Notes: generated by a model not told the origin, from the letters alone. 63,932 nucleotides of DNA, filler included, from Octopus bimaculoides (GCF_001194135.2; 4 parts of 4 records of this genome joined end to end with filler, not necessarily neighbours in it); one strand, 5' to 3'; shown: positions 10,700-25,730, counted from the first letter of the whole stretch. Made by a program: numbers and translations.

Positions 10700-13600
10700 T
10701 ATTCAGTAATCATGTCTGGCAGGGTCACATGTGGGCTATAAGGCTTACTCTTGATCTGCAGCAGCGATTACATCTGCTGCAGGTGAAACTACTTGATGCA
10801 ACGGAGAAGTGACGCCTCTCATGTGCTCTTTCCTATTCTCTTTGTTAAGAATGACTCAATGGCTGGGATAACGAGCTTCGGCAATCGGTGCCATTCATCA
10901 CGTCGCAGTGCTTCTCCTCCCAGGCGTCTGGGGAGATGCCTGAGTTCCTCATATCTATCTTCAGCACATTCCTGTATCGGAACCTCTGGCTACCACGGCT
11001 CCTCCTTCCCTCAGGCAGTTCAGCATAGAAAACAACATTTGGGAGCCTGCCACCCTCCACCCTGCTAACATGTAACACCTAGTGCAGCTGCGATGAGACA
11101 ATGAGGGCCTTCATACTAACTGCAACAGCATATATCAAGAATGCGATCCTGCTATCTGATATACAAGGTAGAGCAGAGATGATGATGTTGGATTCGCGCC
11201 TTGATGATATTGCGGTAGTGAGTCTTGAATTCCGTGGAGTAGACAAGCCAAGGGAATGCTGTGGCACTCTATACCTTTATATTTGTGTTGAGCAATGTCA
11301 TGACAGCTCCATAGATGGTTCTTGGGAGAGCCAAAAGCTTTTGTGGTGGTCTGTATTCGCCTCTCAACTTCGAGTTCAGAAGAGTAAATACAAGTTACTG
11401 CGCTGCCGAAATAGGTAAAGGCCTTGGTGTAATTTAGGGACACTCCGTGTATTGTCACTGGCCCAGGCTCTCTCCAGCTATTAAAACATCCTGGTGGGAA
11501 CTGGCAGAGCAGCTCAATTTTCGAAGTGTTGATCTTGAGTCCAAACATGTCTATTGCACAGGAAAATCGGTCCACTGGCTCGGGCTCCTTCGATCCATTA
11601 GGACATCTTGGCACCGGCTGGTAGGGCGGCTCGGATTTCGAAGTATTGCTCTTGATACCAAACACCTTGCTGCAAAAGAAAACCGCTTCACAATGTCTTG
11701 CGTGTCCTCAACGTTGCTGGTCATGAGCGCTTAGTATTCTGCATAGATCAGCTCTCTGATACACATATCCTTGATTTTGGTGGAGGCTCGAAGACAACCC
11801 AAGTTGAAAAGCTTCCCATCTGTTCTGTTGCAGATAAAAACCTCCTTGTGCAGACTGATCCTCATGGTGTCAAGTACAACTGCGAGGTAGAGAAAGAAGA
11901 GTGTAAGTGCAAGCACGCACCCCTGCATCACACCATAATTGACTGCAAGCGCTTCACTAAATTCTTCGCCAGCTGGGACTAGTCCTTTCATTCTTTCGTG
12001 GAATCGCTTGATGATGTGAACAAGCTTCTTACAACTTCCCAAAGAGTTTATCCATCCACCGTGTCAAGTTCCTTAAAAAAAGTCCACTAATACCCCGAGA
12101 GGGGTTGGTGCTGTTCTGCTGCTTTCTCCTATGGCAGTCTCAAAATAAAGATCACGTCGTTGGTGGATCTCTCTTGCCTAAACCACATTAACTCTTTGCT
12201 AAGACCTACTCTCAGATGTTTTTCAGTCGGTTGATAATGATTTTCGCTATCATCTTGCCAGCAGTGGCCACCGGAGAAATGCACCATTGGTTCCCACATT
12301 CTGCTCGATCCCCCTACATTTTAGTAAATGGTGACTATCAAGGCGTTCTTGAAGTTCTTGGGTATACACTCAATAGAAAGACAAGTGTTGTACAGCCTCA
12401 ACAGTTCACTGCAGAGACTTTGCCCCTCACCATTTTTTAGCACATCTGAGAAATACCATCAATTCCTGGTGCTTTGCGACTTGCCGTGGCCTTCAAGGCT
12501 TTCTCCAGCTCCAGCACGGTGATCTCATGGCATAGGTCATCTCGTTTCTGGTGATGCTCTAGCCACTTGTAGACGTCTCGTTGGTCAGATCCTTGCTGAT
12601 TGAACAGATTGCAGAAATGTTCCTTCCATCCAGTTCTGATCTTCTGGAGGCTGGTGTACAGTTTTCTTCTGCCTGTTGGCATGATTGGTGCCACTGCGTT
12701 GCTCCTGGGGCGTAGATGGCTTTCATTCCTGTAAACATCTCGTGGTAGTCGTGCTTGTCGGCCATGCTTTGCAAAGTTTCTGCCTGTCTGCACCACCAGT
12801 TGTTTATCAGTGATCTCATTTCTCTCTGCACTTAGGCTTTGATTTCAGTAAACGCGACCCTGCTCCTCTCCAAGTTCTCCTGCAGATGTTATGGTGTAGG
12901 CATTACCTTTCGTTTTGCAGCTTCCAGATCTCCTCTCTGTTCTCTCAGAACCAATCGAGTGTTTTATGCTGAGAGAGCTCTAGGGTCCCATTTGCAGCAG
13001 AGAAGACTGCATTCTTTAACGCCTTCCAATGCTCCTTGATGCCATCCAGTTCATCTGAGCTGAATTTTGTACCCTCGACCGCAGTTGTGACGACAGCAGT
13101 CAGTTCCCGACAGTGTTCCGCAATTGTTACTTTGCTGTCCAGCTTCTCTTTGCTGTCTAGCTTCTCTTTGCTGTCTAGCTTCTTTTTGCTGTCTAGCTTC
13201 TTTTGTTAGTTGGGGGTCTTTCTCCGGGGCTGAGTGATACTGAGTCTGATCTGACTTCTCACGAGGTAGTGGTCAGTTGAGCATTCTGCACCACGCATGG
13301 TGTACAGGATCTCAGTGCACAGGATATTCTAACTCCCAGTCTTCTGAACTGGAAGTTAGAATATAGCCCAACAAGTGATAGTGGCCAAACCGAGGGTGCT
13401 TCCATATAAAATAATTCATGTCGAGCTGATCAAAGAACGTATTGGCAACACAAGGCTCTTGCTATGCGCAGACGTTCAGCACAAGCCCTCCAATGGAGTT
13501 GTTTTTGCCTTTGCCAAACTTGCTGAAGAAACCTGCATAGGTTTCACAGTCTGTTTCCATCCTGCCATTGAAATCACCTATCATCAACAACTTGTCCCGG

Positions 13601-13960
13601 TGGGGAACCTTGCCTACAATGCTTGTCAGTTCTTGGTAGAACGTTTCTTTCTCCTCCTCTAGATAGGTCATTGTTAGAGCATATGCGTTGACAAGGGTTA
13701 TGTGTCAACTGGAATTCGCAGGATCATCATCCTCTTTACTCTACCTTTTCTAGGGGCTACCCCTTTCGGGATGAGCAGTTTTCCCTAAAAAGGGCTGCTC
13801 GGACACTCACCCTACTACCTCAGTTTGCTGGTACTAGGGTTCAACACTGACTGCAACCACTGGGAGCGGCTGGCTTGTGTGCAGAGCTTTTGTTAATAGC
13901 TTCTAGTTACTTACACTTATTGTCATTACATTCACTGCATCGCCACAGGGCTTCCCACTT
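10700..13960 (-). mobile_element. RTE-clade (BovB-like) LINE, decayed, with internal deletions
   Basis: APE endonuclease (KETFYQEL...LLMIGDFNGR), KAPGIDGI, RT (GVMQGCVLALTLFFLYL; FGLKINTSK..L; FTYFGS), and C-terminal RLPNVVFYAEL.EGRRSRG.QR.RY. Confidence 0.9.
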
Positions 13961-15639
13961 CTCTGGTATATCTTTAAATTAACAGTTAATTATACAGCTG
14001 CATAATAAAACTAAATAATTCTTCTGTATAATTAACTGTTGAAGTAAAAGAAAAATTCGAAGATGTACCAGTCTCCATATTCTTTGTAATTGTTTAGTGT
14101 TAGAGACAATAAATATACTATGTTATATAAATTACATATATATATATATATATTATAAAAAATATGTGAGTAAGAAAATGGAATTCACGAGAATTTACTG
14201 TGATCGTTTCGACCTATCATTCACCGGTACCATCAGGTGAAATGTGTAGTGCATCGTAGATGCAGATGAGTCACCTCAAGTGACTTTTCAAAAGGCAGTT
14301 AATTTTTTATTTGCCGTTTAGCTTATTTCTATAACAATACATTTTGGTAATTGTAGCGTGCTACGCCTCTCCTTATCGGGACTCTACGGACAAAAAGGAA
14401 TTCCTAAAATAAATCCAGTGGCATATACCTCCATGCTGTTTTTGACATTAAGTAGTCGAATACTGTGAACGGGTTTTAAACAGCATACTACAAGGTGTAT
14501 ACCCGAATATAAAAGTATTACCAAATATATTATATATAATATTCAATATATATGTATACGTCATGATATTTATATTACAAAACAATATAAACATATGTTA
14601 TGACTTATACATATATATATTTATACATATATACATATTATGTATAATCTATACATATATAAAACACATGACGTGTGTTTGTCATATCGTTAAAACTCGA
14701 GACCCACCCAACCGGTTTTAATGAAATTTTACACAAGCATTACATAGGGCCCAGGGGCATTTTAAGCATTTTCACAGCGTTAAGGCCCGTAACTTGAAGT
14801 GTATCCAGTCGCTTTCCCTCAAATTTGCAACAAACATTAATCAGGCTCCTCGAAATGCTGCTGACTAAAAAAATTTCCGACACCGACTATGCCCCCTCCA
14901 CCCCAATGCAGATTAATCAGATTTGAGTATTCTGCACTGGGTTTTATCTTTGTTTTAGGCCATTTTCCGACGATAAAATATTGGCACTACTTATGCATGC
15001 ATTATAAGTAGCGTATAATATTTCATGAAAACCTTTCTGTCCAATTCGGCAGAGGAAATGAGAACTTTTGTTGGTGTTCTGTTTATGTTTCATGTTACCA
15101 TCCTGCGCACCACCGGGCCATGTGCGTATGTGTGTGGCTGGGTAAAGGGACAACAAACTCATACGTTCATTCTCCAGAAGTACCCTGTTGATGTTTCACG
15201 TTTCCAATACTGTGCAACACAGCATGGCCCAGCAGCATATCTGCTTTCTATGTCATCCATGCCTGAGCTATATAATGCAAAATATTCATACAAAAAAAAA
15301 AACAAGCTGCAGTTGTGACTCACAGCCATTTGAGTTTGACCGCGTGACCACTTCCGGAAGCTACGCTCGCCACCTGCAATTAGTCCCTCCTTGTGTTCCC
15401 TCCCACGTTTAGTCGGACGAGTATATACAGGGTGTCCCAGAATTAAAGATGATTTGAGTGAAATTGGATGCATAAAAAAAAACTCACTTTTATTATGTTT
15501 ATCATTTTTAATTTTGCTTATAATTTTATTTTCATTCCTGTTGGACCCCTCGGATTCTTCTTTAGTCGCGTTCCTGGTTGGAGTAATTTCTTACTCATTT
15601 CTCTTATACTAAAAAGGATAAAAACTCTGATTTAGCATT

Positions 15640-15846
15640 TGTTTCAAAGTTTGGCACAAAGTCAGCAAGTTCGGGGGAGGGGTAAGTCGATTACATTGAT
15701 CCCAGAACCCACCCGGTACTTATTTTATCGACTTCGAAAGGATGAACGGCAAAATTGACCTAGGCGGAACTTTAACTCAAAACGTAAAGACGGATGAAAT
15801 ACCGCTAGGCATTTTGTCTCATGCGCTAACGCCAGCTCGCCACCTT
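15640..15846 (-). mobile_element. tRNA-derived SINE, family B
   Basis: Reverse complement begins aaggtggcgagctggcgttagc; contains the core ttgccgttcatcctttcgaagtcgataaaataagtacc. Confidence 0.8.
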
Positions 15847-17899
15847 ACTCAGTATTATATCTGTTATATATTTTGGTTAACTGAGATATTTGAAGCATCT
15901 TTCTGGTTACATCTTCTTTATATTCTCATATTAAAAAGAAAGTATAATATAATTTTGACCTAATATTCAGTTCAACTAAATATTGAAGATAATTAATGAA
16001 TATTATAAGAAATGACACAAGTATCCAAAGATAATCCTTCAATCGTATTATTAATAAATACATTTATATTATTTTGCCTCATTCAGAAGAATCAAAAGTA
16101 AGTTTTGCATGTGCTAAACACAAGGACAGAATCCGGGTTTTATCTAATCAGTCTCGCATTAATCTATACCATCTTCCCCACCCTCACTTGAATATGAACT
16201 AAGAACCGAAGTTTATTTTCAAGTCTTGTTATATTATACTGTGAAGATATTGCTTTTATCATTCTTTAAAAACTACTTAATGTTAAAAACATGCTTTTTT
16301 AAAACTTTTTAAGCGAAAGATATTTCGCCAAAAAGGAAAAGTAAAAATATATTAGTGACTTGTGAAATCATATAAGATAAATTGCCGATATTTGTTAATG
16401 GAAAATTGCGAAAATTATTGAATATCAGATTATTAAAAATTAGAATTTGACGAATAACTCCTATTTACTGATTAGCTACGTGACTTGACAATGTGTTTTT
16501 CGTATTTATGAGAGTATGATGATTTAAATCATTGATAAATACATCAACGGTCTGATATAGCTCATTTATAGACTACAACATTTATGTGTTTCCTATTTAA
16601 AGATCGTTCGCCTATGACAGGATTACATATTTCAATGCAAATTTTGCCAATAGATGGGGGAAAGATCTCTATTGATTATCATACTCATTTCTATGCTTCA
16701 ATACGAATGAGAATGCATCAAGAATTAATAATGTGATTACGTATATTTGAAGAAGCAAGAGGTTGAAACTCAGTATTACAATTGTAAATACAAATGTACG
16801 CCTTAATGCTTTTACTGTTAACGAAAAGGTATACAGAAAAAAATATGCACGGTACTCAATGTAGGTATATTTCACTGACCTTTTATTGTGATATATCTGT
16901 ATCTTATAGTTAGATCTCGAAAAATTAATTTTATCCACATTAACAACCTCTCTGCCTCTCGAATTCCAAAATATGGTAGATGAAAATACATTGATATTGA
17001 TCAAAATATACTGTGAATAAAAAAAAAAACATGCACTTTTCCAATTTAAGGAAATATTATTGCATCAATTCCACTTTAACTTTATTTCGAGACAATATCC
17101 TGCTGAAAATTCTACATATGATACCAGTCAAAAATTTAGATTCAGATGAATATGGTACTTAAGTTGAGGCACCAGAATTTAGTACGGCATTATCCATACA
17201 ATTTCAAAAATAAGGTGATTAAAATCAAAATAAGCAACAAGATTATCCAGAGGTAATGCAGTATGATCGTTTCAAGCAACTCCATTTAATTGAACAATGC
17301 AACCAATACATCAATTTAAATGCAGAGCAATCCTCAGCTGCATAAAGACATAGAAATCAATTAAATTAAAACAGATGGACACATTAGTATAGTTTTACCT
17401 GAAATCTCCGAGAAGGTAAGGAGATAGACTAAGAACATGATGTCTTTACTTCAGCTTAGAAGCTACTAAGGTATCCTTGTTCTTTTGGCCTTAGATATAC
17501 AAAGATTTGATAAACTAGTCTATAAATTAAAACTGACCCCATAAAACAGTGACAAGCAAAATCTGTAACAAGTTACTGCTGTTCTTTGTCAACAATACTT
17601 TGTGGCGGTGTATATATCGTTAGTCCCTGGTAATCTTTTTGAATTAAGCACCAGTTATGCACTGGGATTAATCTAATTGACTTACTCCTTCCCTCAAAAA
17701 CTAGGCCTTGTGCCTATAATAGAAAGGCTTATTAACTACTGCCAATATGCTTGAATTACACTATTCTACTTGTTTCAGTTGATTGGATAATAGCTAATTA
17801 GGGAATCAAGCCAACAAAATAGTTGAAAGAAATGGCTTCCTAAAAACAGCAGCCAAATCTTCCTCAAATCAAACTCTACCATCACTTAGAAAATTACAT

Positions 17900-18460
17900 A
17901 GAAAATTACCGAAAAATTGTTGAACAGGTTTTCACCAAATTTGGCAAAAATACTCATTGGGTGAGTGGTTTGAAACGAGATTATCTAAAACCCTAACCCT
18001 AACCCTAACTCAAAAACTCTATCCCTAACCCTAAAACCCTAACCCTGACCCTAAAAACCCTAGCCCTAATCCTAACTCTAAAACTCGAACCCTAACCCTA
18101 AAACCCTAAAGCTAAAACCAGTACAAACGCACGAACCATGTCATAAATAACAGTACCGCCGATAGTTGTTGTTGACAAACAACGGCAGCAATTTTATTCA
18201 AGGGAAAAGATTCCATTACACCGCCAGAACGTGTTGTTGAGAAACCACATCGGTAATTGTTTTCACCTCAATAGACCTCAGTGATTGGTTGAAATTACCG
18301 AAATACAACTTTTAACATGAAATAACTTGGAATATAGAAACTTTTCTTAACAAGGCTAGGAGAAAAAGATGTTTTATATGACACATTCTACCAGTATCCC
18401 AAGTTTGAAAGTGTTTCGTTAGAAAACAAATGGTGTCCGCCAAATCAGAAAGATCCGAAT
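17900..18460 (+). mobile_element. Non-autonomous element with internal telomere-like (CCCTAA) array; possibly Helentron/HINE-like
   Basis: ttttcaccaaatttggcaaaaatactcattggg, degenerate CCCTAA array at ~17985-18117, body shared with 4173 and 36902 copies, 3' end agatccgaat shared with the 37250 copy. Confidence 0.7.
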
Positions 18461-19482
18461 TACCCCCTTCACTTACACCACCGGTGTTACTAATTGTAAA
18501 ACGGAATACACACGGGCGAAAAAATGTGCTTAATTAAACTAGGAAACTCGCACCTAATAATACTCACCCCACCCATATTACTCAATGAAACTAACCAATT
18601 TACCACAAGCAAACCTCTGCTCAGCGAATTTACCAGCGCAAGAACAAAAATTTAATGTAAGAATTACCACTTTGTTTACATTACCATCACATATGTATCA
18701 ATTGTTTTCGCATGCTAACCGATGCATCTATCTGTATTCGCATTCTTAAGAGATTTACTTAAACCAGTAACTTGAAACGATCGTAACTGCTACCCTCATC
18801 TCTGCTTCTTCCTTCTTTGTTATCTATTTAATTAAAGACATACCAGCGAAAACCACGAACTTCCCATTGTTATTATATCCATTTTCTTCTCCTATATAAC
18901 CTAAACTCCGGTTTACCAACCGAACCACCTGCTATCGTACAACCTTACAAAATGCTGTACCTACCCAGCTAGTAACCAGGAGCGACTCTGGATTTAATTA
19001 TCCTTTAGAGGTATNNNNNNNNNNNNNNNNNNNNNNNNNNNNNNNNNNNNNNNNNNNNNNNNNNNNTATATATAAATATATATATACATATATACACGCA
19101 TACATATACACATATATACACACATACATACGAACACACATACACACACATATATACACATACATTCCTATATATATTTAATATTATCTGGGTAATAATT
19201 TAAGCTCCTATATAGTTGTCGGCTACCATATGCCATCATACGGCAAGATTATTTCTTTTACTGGATATACATGTGGAACTCCGTTAGTGTATAGAGAATT
19301 TATATAAAAGATATATAAACTATATATATGCGTGTGTTTGTCATGGCTATTTTGGAGCAGTGATAAGGTCTGAGTGCATACATTTTAAAATTCTTTTTCA
19401 ATATGAAGCAAATTGCATTTGTACACTTATCGACTGAAATCAAAATTTGTAACTTACTATTTATAATTAATTCAAACTTAAT

Positions 19483-19513
<31 letters not shown>

Positions 19514-22500
19514 CTCACGGTATATATTAGCGTACATGTAGGAAGGGATATTTGCGTCTTATGTTTATTTTGGGAAGCATGCACATATATGTACGTGGAA
19601 CTGCTCTGTTTAGTAGTGTTACTATCTGTATAAATCTATATTTACTTATGCGCATGTTAATTTGCAGTCCTGAAGACCCACCCACCCGAACGGAAAGGTC
19701 CTCTGTTGCTAATTTGCTTTGTTTCATAAATCAGTCTGCTTTTATGATAAGAAATCAGATGAATTTCAAATCAAAACAACTGAATAATCGAACAATTAAC
19801 TTCAATTGATAAACTCGTATCTCAAATTATAATAAATAAAAGGAACATTGCTTTTTTAACGCTGTGTACTAAACTTTTGATTTTTACTTTTTCAGTAACC
19901 CTTATAACTGCTGTATAGAATAAATATAGCAACCCTAAAATTCAATAAAGATAACAGTGAATATCTTACAAAAAATGGTAGTTTCACGTGGAGGAGAAAC
20001 GCGAAACTACCAAAACAAAACAAAACCACAAGTTACGAAAAATAAGTAATAAAAAATACGTAAATATTGGACCAAATATCAATTTTCGGCTAAGCAAAAG
20101 GAAACCTGATATGAAATCGTTAAAGACAGTTTAAATATAGCTTCCACCTTCGATCCTTATTCCCTAGTTTATAAGAGAAACTTTGGACATAAAATTAGGT
20201 GATCAATCACTTTTGTCTTGAACTTCATAACTTTTCTTTATCGATCTATAAACCACATTCATTGTAACTATTTTATGCCTATATTTGTTTATATATAAAT
20301 GTATTAACGTAGGGATATTTATTTAATTTATATTTCAACTTATGCAAAATACAGCGTATATGTGTACAACGGGCCAACTGTCCGTATCCATACATTTACG
20401 GCGTTGAGAGTGAAAACAACATTTCTAACAAACGGCTTATGCAAATATTAGAAAGACGAAAAATTTCAGGTATTTTCTTCTATGATATTAAATATCTTAA
20501 TATGTCAAAAATATTTTAATTTATTTTAAGGATCATCTTCTTTGGTCATTTAAAGCCACATCACATCTTTTAATCGCTAATATTTTTTGACGAGGTTTTC
20601 AATCTAAGATTCATTTCACTATTGTATAGTTTTCTTTTACAATAGCTGAGGTATTTTGATTCAAAACCAACCTTTCAAAATCAGTTTTCTCGATGTTTTG
20701 CACCAAATGATTATTATCAATGAGCGTATTTTTTTAAACCCAATTAATCTTGACTTTTTCTTTTTTAAAAATAACAGACATTTTGATTCAATATCAATTT
20801 TCGCCTTACTCTCCTATTTTTTTCTTATCTCACATACGTTGACCTAACCTTTTTAATGAACAAAATTTCAGTTATTTGATCTCGAAATGTAGCTAAGGAC
20901 AGATGTACACAAATTGGTTGAGAACTGAATAAGTGACAAGTAATTAAAAGTTGTCCCTAAGAATATATTCACCCGCGGTAGTGGGTGAATGACACAAACA
21001 CACACAAACGCACTCACATACATAAAACAGGCACACTAGACGGAAAATGTGAAGTCAATATGGTTACGTAACATTCGTTTCGAATCACCAGAAGAACTAT
21101 TTCATCACAATACAAATTGGTTTGTACATATAAAAGTTAATGCGAATAATAAATTAAGTTAATAACCATTTTCCCAGCCACTAATATTGTATCTATATCC
21201 TGTTTAGATAGCTGTGAATTTTCTCAGCAAAACTAAGAGCTTTGTTGAGGAGAATAGGGGATAATGTAAGAGTAGTAGTTGTAGATATTCATTTGTGTAA
21301 ATTTAGAAGGCACTTTATTTTCTGTGTATCCCAATCGATTACTTTGGGGCTCCTCAACAACTTGAGTTCTATTTCCCTTATAAGCACAGGGAAAATGTGA
21401 TCCAACTTTGATGTGTAAATGTGACTAGTTGTAGGATTTCTCACAAAATTAGGCCTGTTATCATTTATGTTTATGCGAGGTTTTCTAGTGATCTCTTCTA
21501 TCAAGAGAGCCCTATTCACCAAACACATTTTGTATCTTTAAGTTAATGTTATTAAGATTAGATATAAATGTTAATTTATAGTCATTGAAAAGTTTCTTGT
21601 TAATTAGAGTGCCGTTCGAATCAATACCAAGATTACATAAGGTACTGGCTTTGTCCGCGTATATTATCTTCAAACTATACTTCTATTACTGCTGCTTTTT
21701 AATCATAGTAATAAATATATAATATAGTAGTAAATGTCTCTTCTTTCTATTCACTGTACAAGCATACAATTAAACTTGACTTCATGACCTGGCAGAGACT
21801 ATGAAACTAGTAAGTTTATATTAAATTAAAGAAGGTAATCTTATATGCTTTTCATGTACAATCTGCATCAACTGAATTATCTTGTTAAGTGAATACTTAA
21901 CGTTTATTACTCCTATGCTATGAAACCCCACACCCACCAGTTTGTTTGAAACTTGCAAAATATACTTTAATAACTTTAAGACTGATGTGAATGCAAAATG
22001 TTTAATCAATCAATTCGTTAATTAATGTGTGGGTTTACATAAATTTGATATGTGCAAATAAACGTGTATAGTGACGAAGTGGTTTCTCTAGCCATTCAAA
22101 ATGAGGACCTTTTCAGTTTGGCTGCCAATTTCCGAAAATTCAAGGCTTATTGAAGATTTTAAGATTTGGTACCTTAATGTAGTTTTCCAAGCTGAATCTC
22201 GGGAGATATTTCATTTTTCTCAGAAATAATTAAAAAAGTTATAGATCAAACTTTAGTTTGATCATTTTCACCCAGTCAGAAAACAAGATTTGGAAGCTGT
22301 CATTTTGTGCGTGACAGCACGTGCTGTCAACTGTAAACAAATCAAATTCTGCTTTACACATGCCATAACCCCTCATAACTTATTATTTTTTTGGAATTTT
22401 CTAGAAAATTTCTGTAAATTTGTATTATACACACGGGAATTCATGTGATTATCAAAAAATAAAGCAAACAATTTTTGGTGGGTGATTTAAGGCTTATTTT

Positions 22501-22869
22501 GCTGCTATTTTTAGCACATCTGACGATGTATGAATATTTTGCAATGAATACAAAATATTTGTCACCACGTACTTTCTTGCAGACAAAATAGTTCTCATGC
22601 TTGGCTTGTTACTATGGAAACAGGCATGAATGTGTCTGTGGCTTACAATTGGTTAAAATTACAAAATTTGCAAACTTTGAAAGCTAACCCTTATTTATTG
22701 ATTTTATTGCGAAAATGAATTTCAAAGCAGTGATTAGCATACAAGACCATAGTTTTACACCGAATATGAAACCAATTCGAGCAGGAATTGAAGAGATTGA
22801 AAATTAGTAGCCAAACAGAAAAAATCCCAAAATGATCCTTTAATATAGGATTGCCTTCATTTTCCGTCT

Positions 22870-23210
22870 GATTACTATTATCGCCGTCGTTATGTACCGT
22901 ACCCCTGCAGCGTATTGATGACACTACAACGAAGGTCTTCCTAATTAAGCGCGAGTTCTCCGGCTGTCTTGTCACTCCTGTCCGACTAGCCTTTGCTACT
23001 GTCCATCCAATGCGTTCTTTGCTTGTCTTTTGATCTACTACCTTCTACTCTTTCTTCGATGATAATGTTTTCCAAACCTTTGCTTCTTCGAATATGGCCG
23101 TATTAATTCAGCTTTTGTTTTTCTCTGCAATGTTCAGGAGTTGTCGTCTTTCACCTATTTGCTGTAACACCTACTCATTTGTCTGATGATCCTTGTAAGA
23201 GACTTGTAAC
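22870..23210 (-). mobile_element. RTE LINE 3' end fragment
   Basis: Minus strand SYKDHQTNE*VLQQIGERRQLLNI ... GLENIIIEERVEGSRSKDKQRTHWMD, ending ggtacggtacataa. Confidence 0.8.
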
Positions 23211-23310
23211 ATTATGTATACATACATGTGCGTGCGCATAATCACAACACATATGTACGTATGTACATACATATGTATATATATAGATATATGCATTCAA
23301 ACATACATAC

Positions 23311-23358
<48 letters not shown>

Positions 23359-23899
23359 CAGATAGGATGTAAAGTTAGGATATTTCCAGGGAAGCACTCG
23401 ACCCGATTACTGGGCTATCAACACAGTCGGATTCCAGACCAAAGCCGGAATTCCTCAGGTGTAGCAAATCCAAGTTTCACGACGATTACCCGTTCAAGCG
23501 GGTTTGGTGAAGAGTAAATAATCCAAATGATAAGAAGAAAACAAAGAAAATTCTTTAACGCATCTTTAATGATTAGTTACAATTGTTACTTTACCAACTC
23601 TATTTGCAACGCCAGTTTACACAAAAGTTCGAAGTGAAAATTTACATAATGTTTGCGGTTTTAGACATTAGAGAGGTACATCATCAGACTTGCAACAGAG
23701 TTGTGCTGTCACATTGTGCGTCTTGCAGACCTTGTCTTTTGCTTTATATCGGGAGGAAATAAAGAATAAGTAAAAGTGTGGATATGGGATGAGTAAGTGG
23801 GGTAAAGATTATGTTGGGGGGATCAAGAGGAAGGATACGCAGAAGATGGAGAAGGACAAGGATGAGGAGGAAAAATGAGCTAGAGATGAAAGTGAAGGA

Positions 23900-24503
<604 letters not shown>

Positions 24504-24505
<2 letters not shown>

Positions 24506-24733
24506 TGGAATAACAACAGAAAAAAGATGGTATAAACACGCGCCAGAAAAGGTCACAGAAAACGAGAAAGCAACCATACTCTGGGATATGCCAATACACA
24601 CAGATAGAGAAATTAAGGCGAATAGACCAGATATAGATCATGAAGAAAAAAAAATGCTTTCTAATTGATGTATCAATACCAGCAGATGACAACGTTTCCC
24701 TAAAAGAAATGGAAAAACTTTCAAAATACAAAG
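24504..24733 (+). pseudogene. R4/Dong-clade LINE restriction-like endonuclease (RLE) fragment
   Basis: YGITTEKRWYKHAPEKVTENEKATILWDMPIHTDREIKANRPDI../KKCFLIDVSIPADDNVSLKEMEKLSKYK, the PD..D..K RLE signature; starts inside (TAA)n and ends at a gap. Confidence 0.85.
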
Positions 24734-24902
24734 NNNNNNNNNNNNNNNNNNNNNNNNNNNNNNNNNNNNNNNNNNNNNNNNNNNNNNNNNNNNNNNNNNN
24801 NNNNNNNNNNNNNNNNNNNNNNNNNNNNNNNNNNNNNNNNNNNNNNNNNNNNNNNNNNNNNNNNNNNNNNNNNNNNNNNNNNNNNNNNNNNNNNNNNNNN
24901 NN

Positions 24903-24953
<51 letters not shown>

Positions 24954-24960
24954 TAATAAT

Positions 24961-25495
24961 AGTGGCTCTCATGGCTTCTGATCTTATTTGATTGGAAGTG
25001 TTATCATGTACATTGTTTTGTCTTGGTATAAAAGGATGGGCTACAGCAAATATTCTGCTCAGTACCACAAATTTGCTTGTCAGTTGTTTGACCTTAACTA
25101 GTTGAGCATGTCCCTTAGTGGCTGACGATATATGCATCTCTGATCATGAGCAGAAATACTGGGGGAGCATCATAGCCATGTGTTGAGAGGAATTCTATAT
25201 GGTTTGGATAATTCACATTTGGAAACATGGGTGTTTTGCTCAACATCCTTAAACAAACCTTATTCAGGGAACTTTGGAGCAGGATGGGCTACTCGACCTG
25301 AAGAAAATTCTAACTGGGCCCCACCTGCGAGGTCATACACTGTTTATCTTGATATGAGATCAGCATGTCGTGCACATATGGTTGTGATGCATGTGCCTGG
25401 TGTACCCTTATCAGACGGATCGTCATGATGGGTATATTGGGTTTCGTATATTTTACCCCAGTGTCACTTTAATGGCATGCACTGCTCTCTCACTC
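24961..25495. mobile_element. Non-coding interspersed repeat flanked by (TAA)n, copy 2 (longer)
   Basis: Homologous to 24031-24459 and 61225-61391. Confidence 0.8.

Positions 25496-25730
<235 letters not shown>

Noticed and set aside
15345-15365. Palindromic CTTCCGGAAG (ETS-like) in a GC-richer patch next to a lone TACAGGGTG Tc1/mariner-type end at ~15424
   Set aside because: No other promoter evidence; more likely inside a TE remnant.
17985-18117. A true telomere or chromosome fusion site
   Set aside because: The array is short, degenerate and embedded in an interspersed repeat present three times in the window.
21289-21528. Minus-strand ORF containing ININDNRPNF, resembling the cadherin DxNDNxPxF linker
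   Set aside because: No other cadherin-repeat motifs, no good splice sites, and too short for a protocadherin ectodomain exon.
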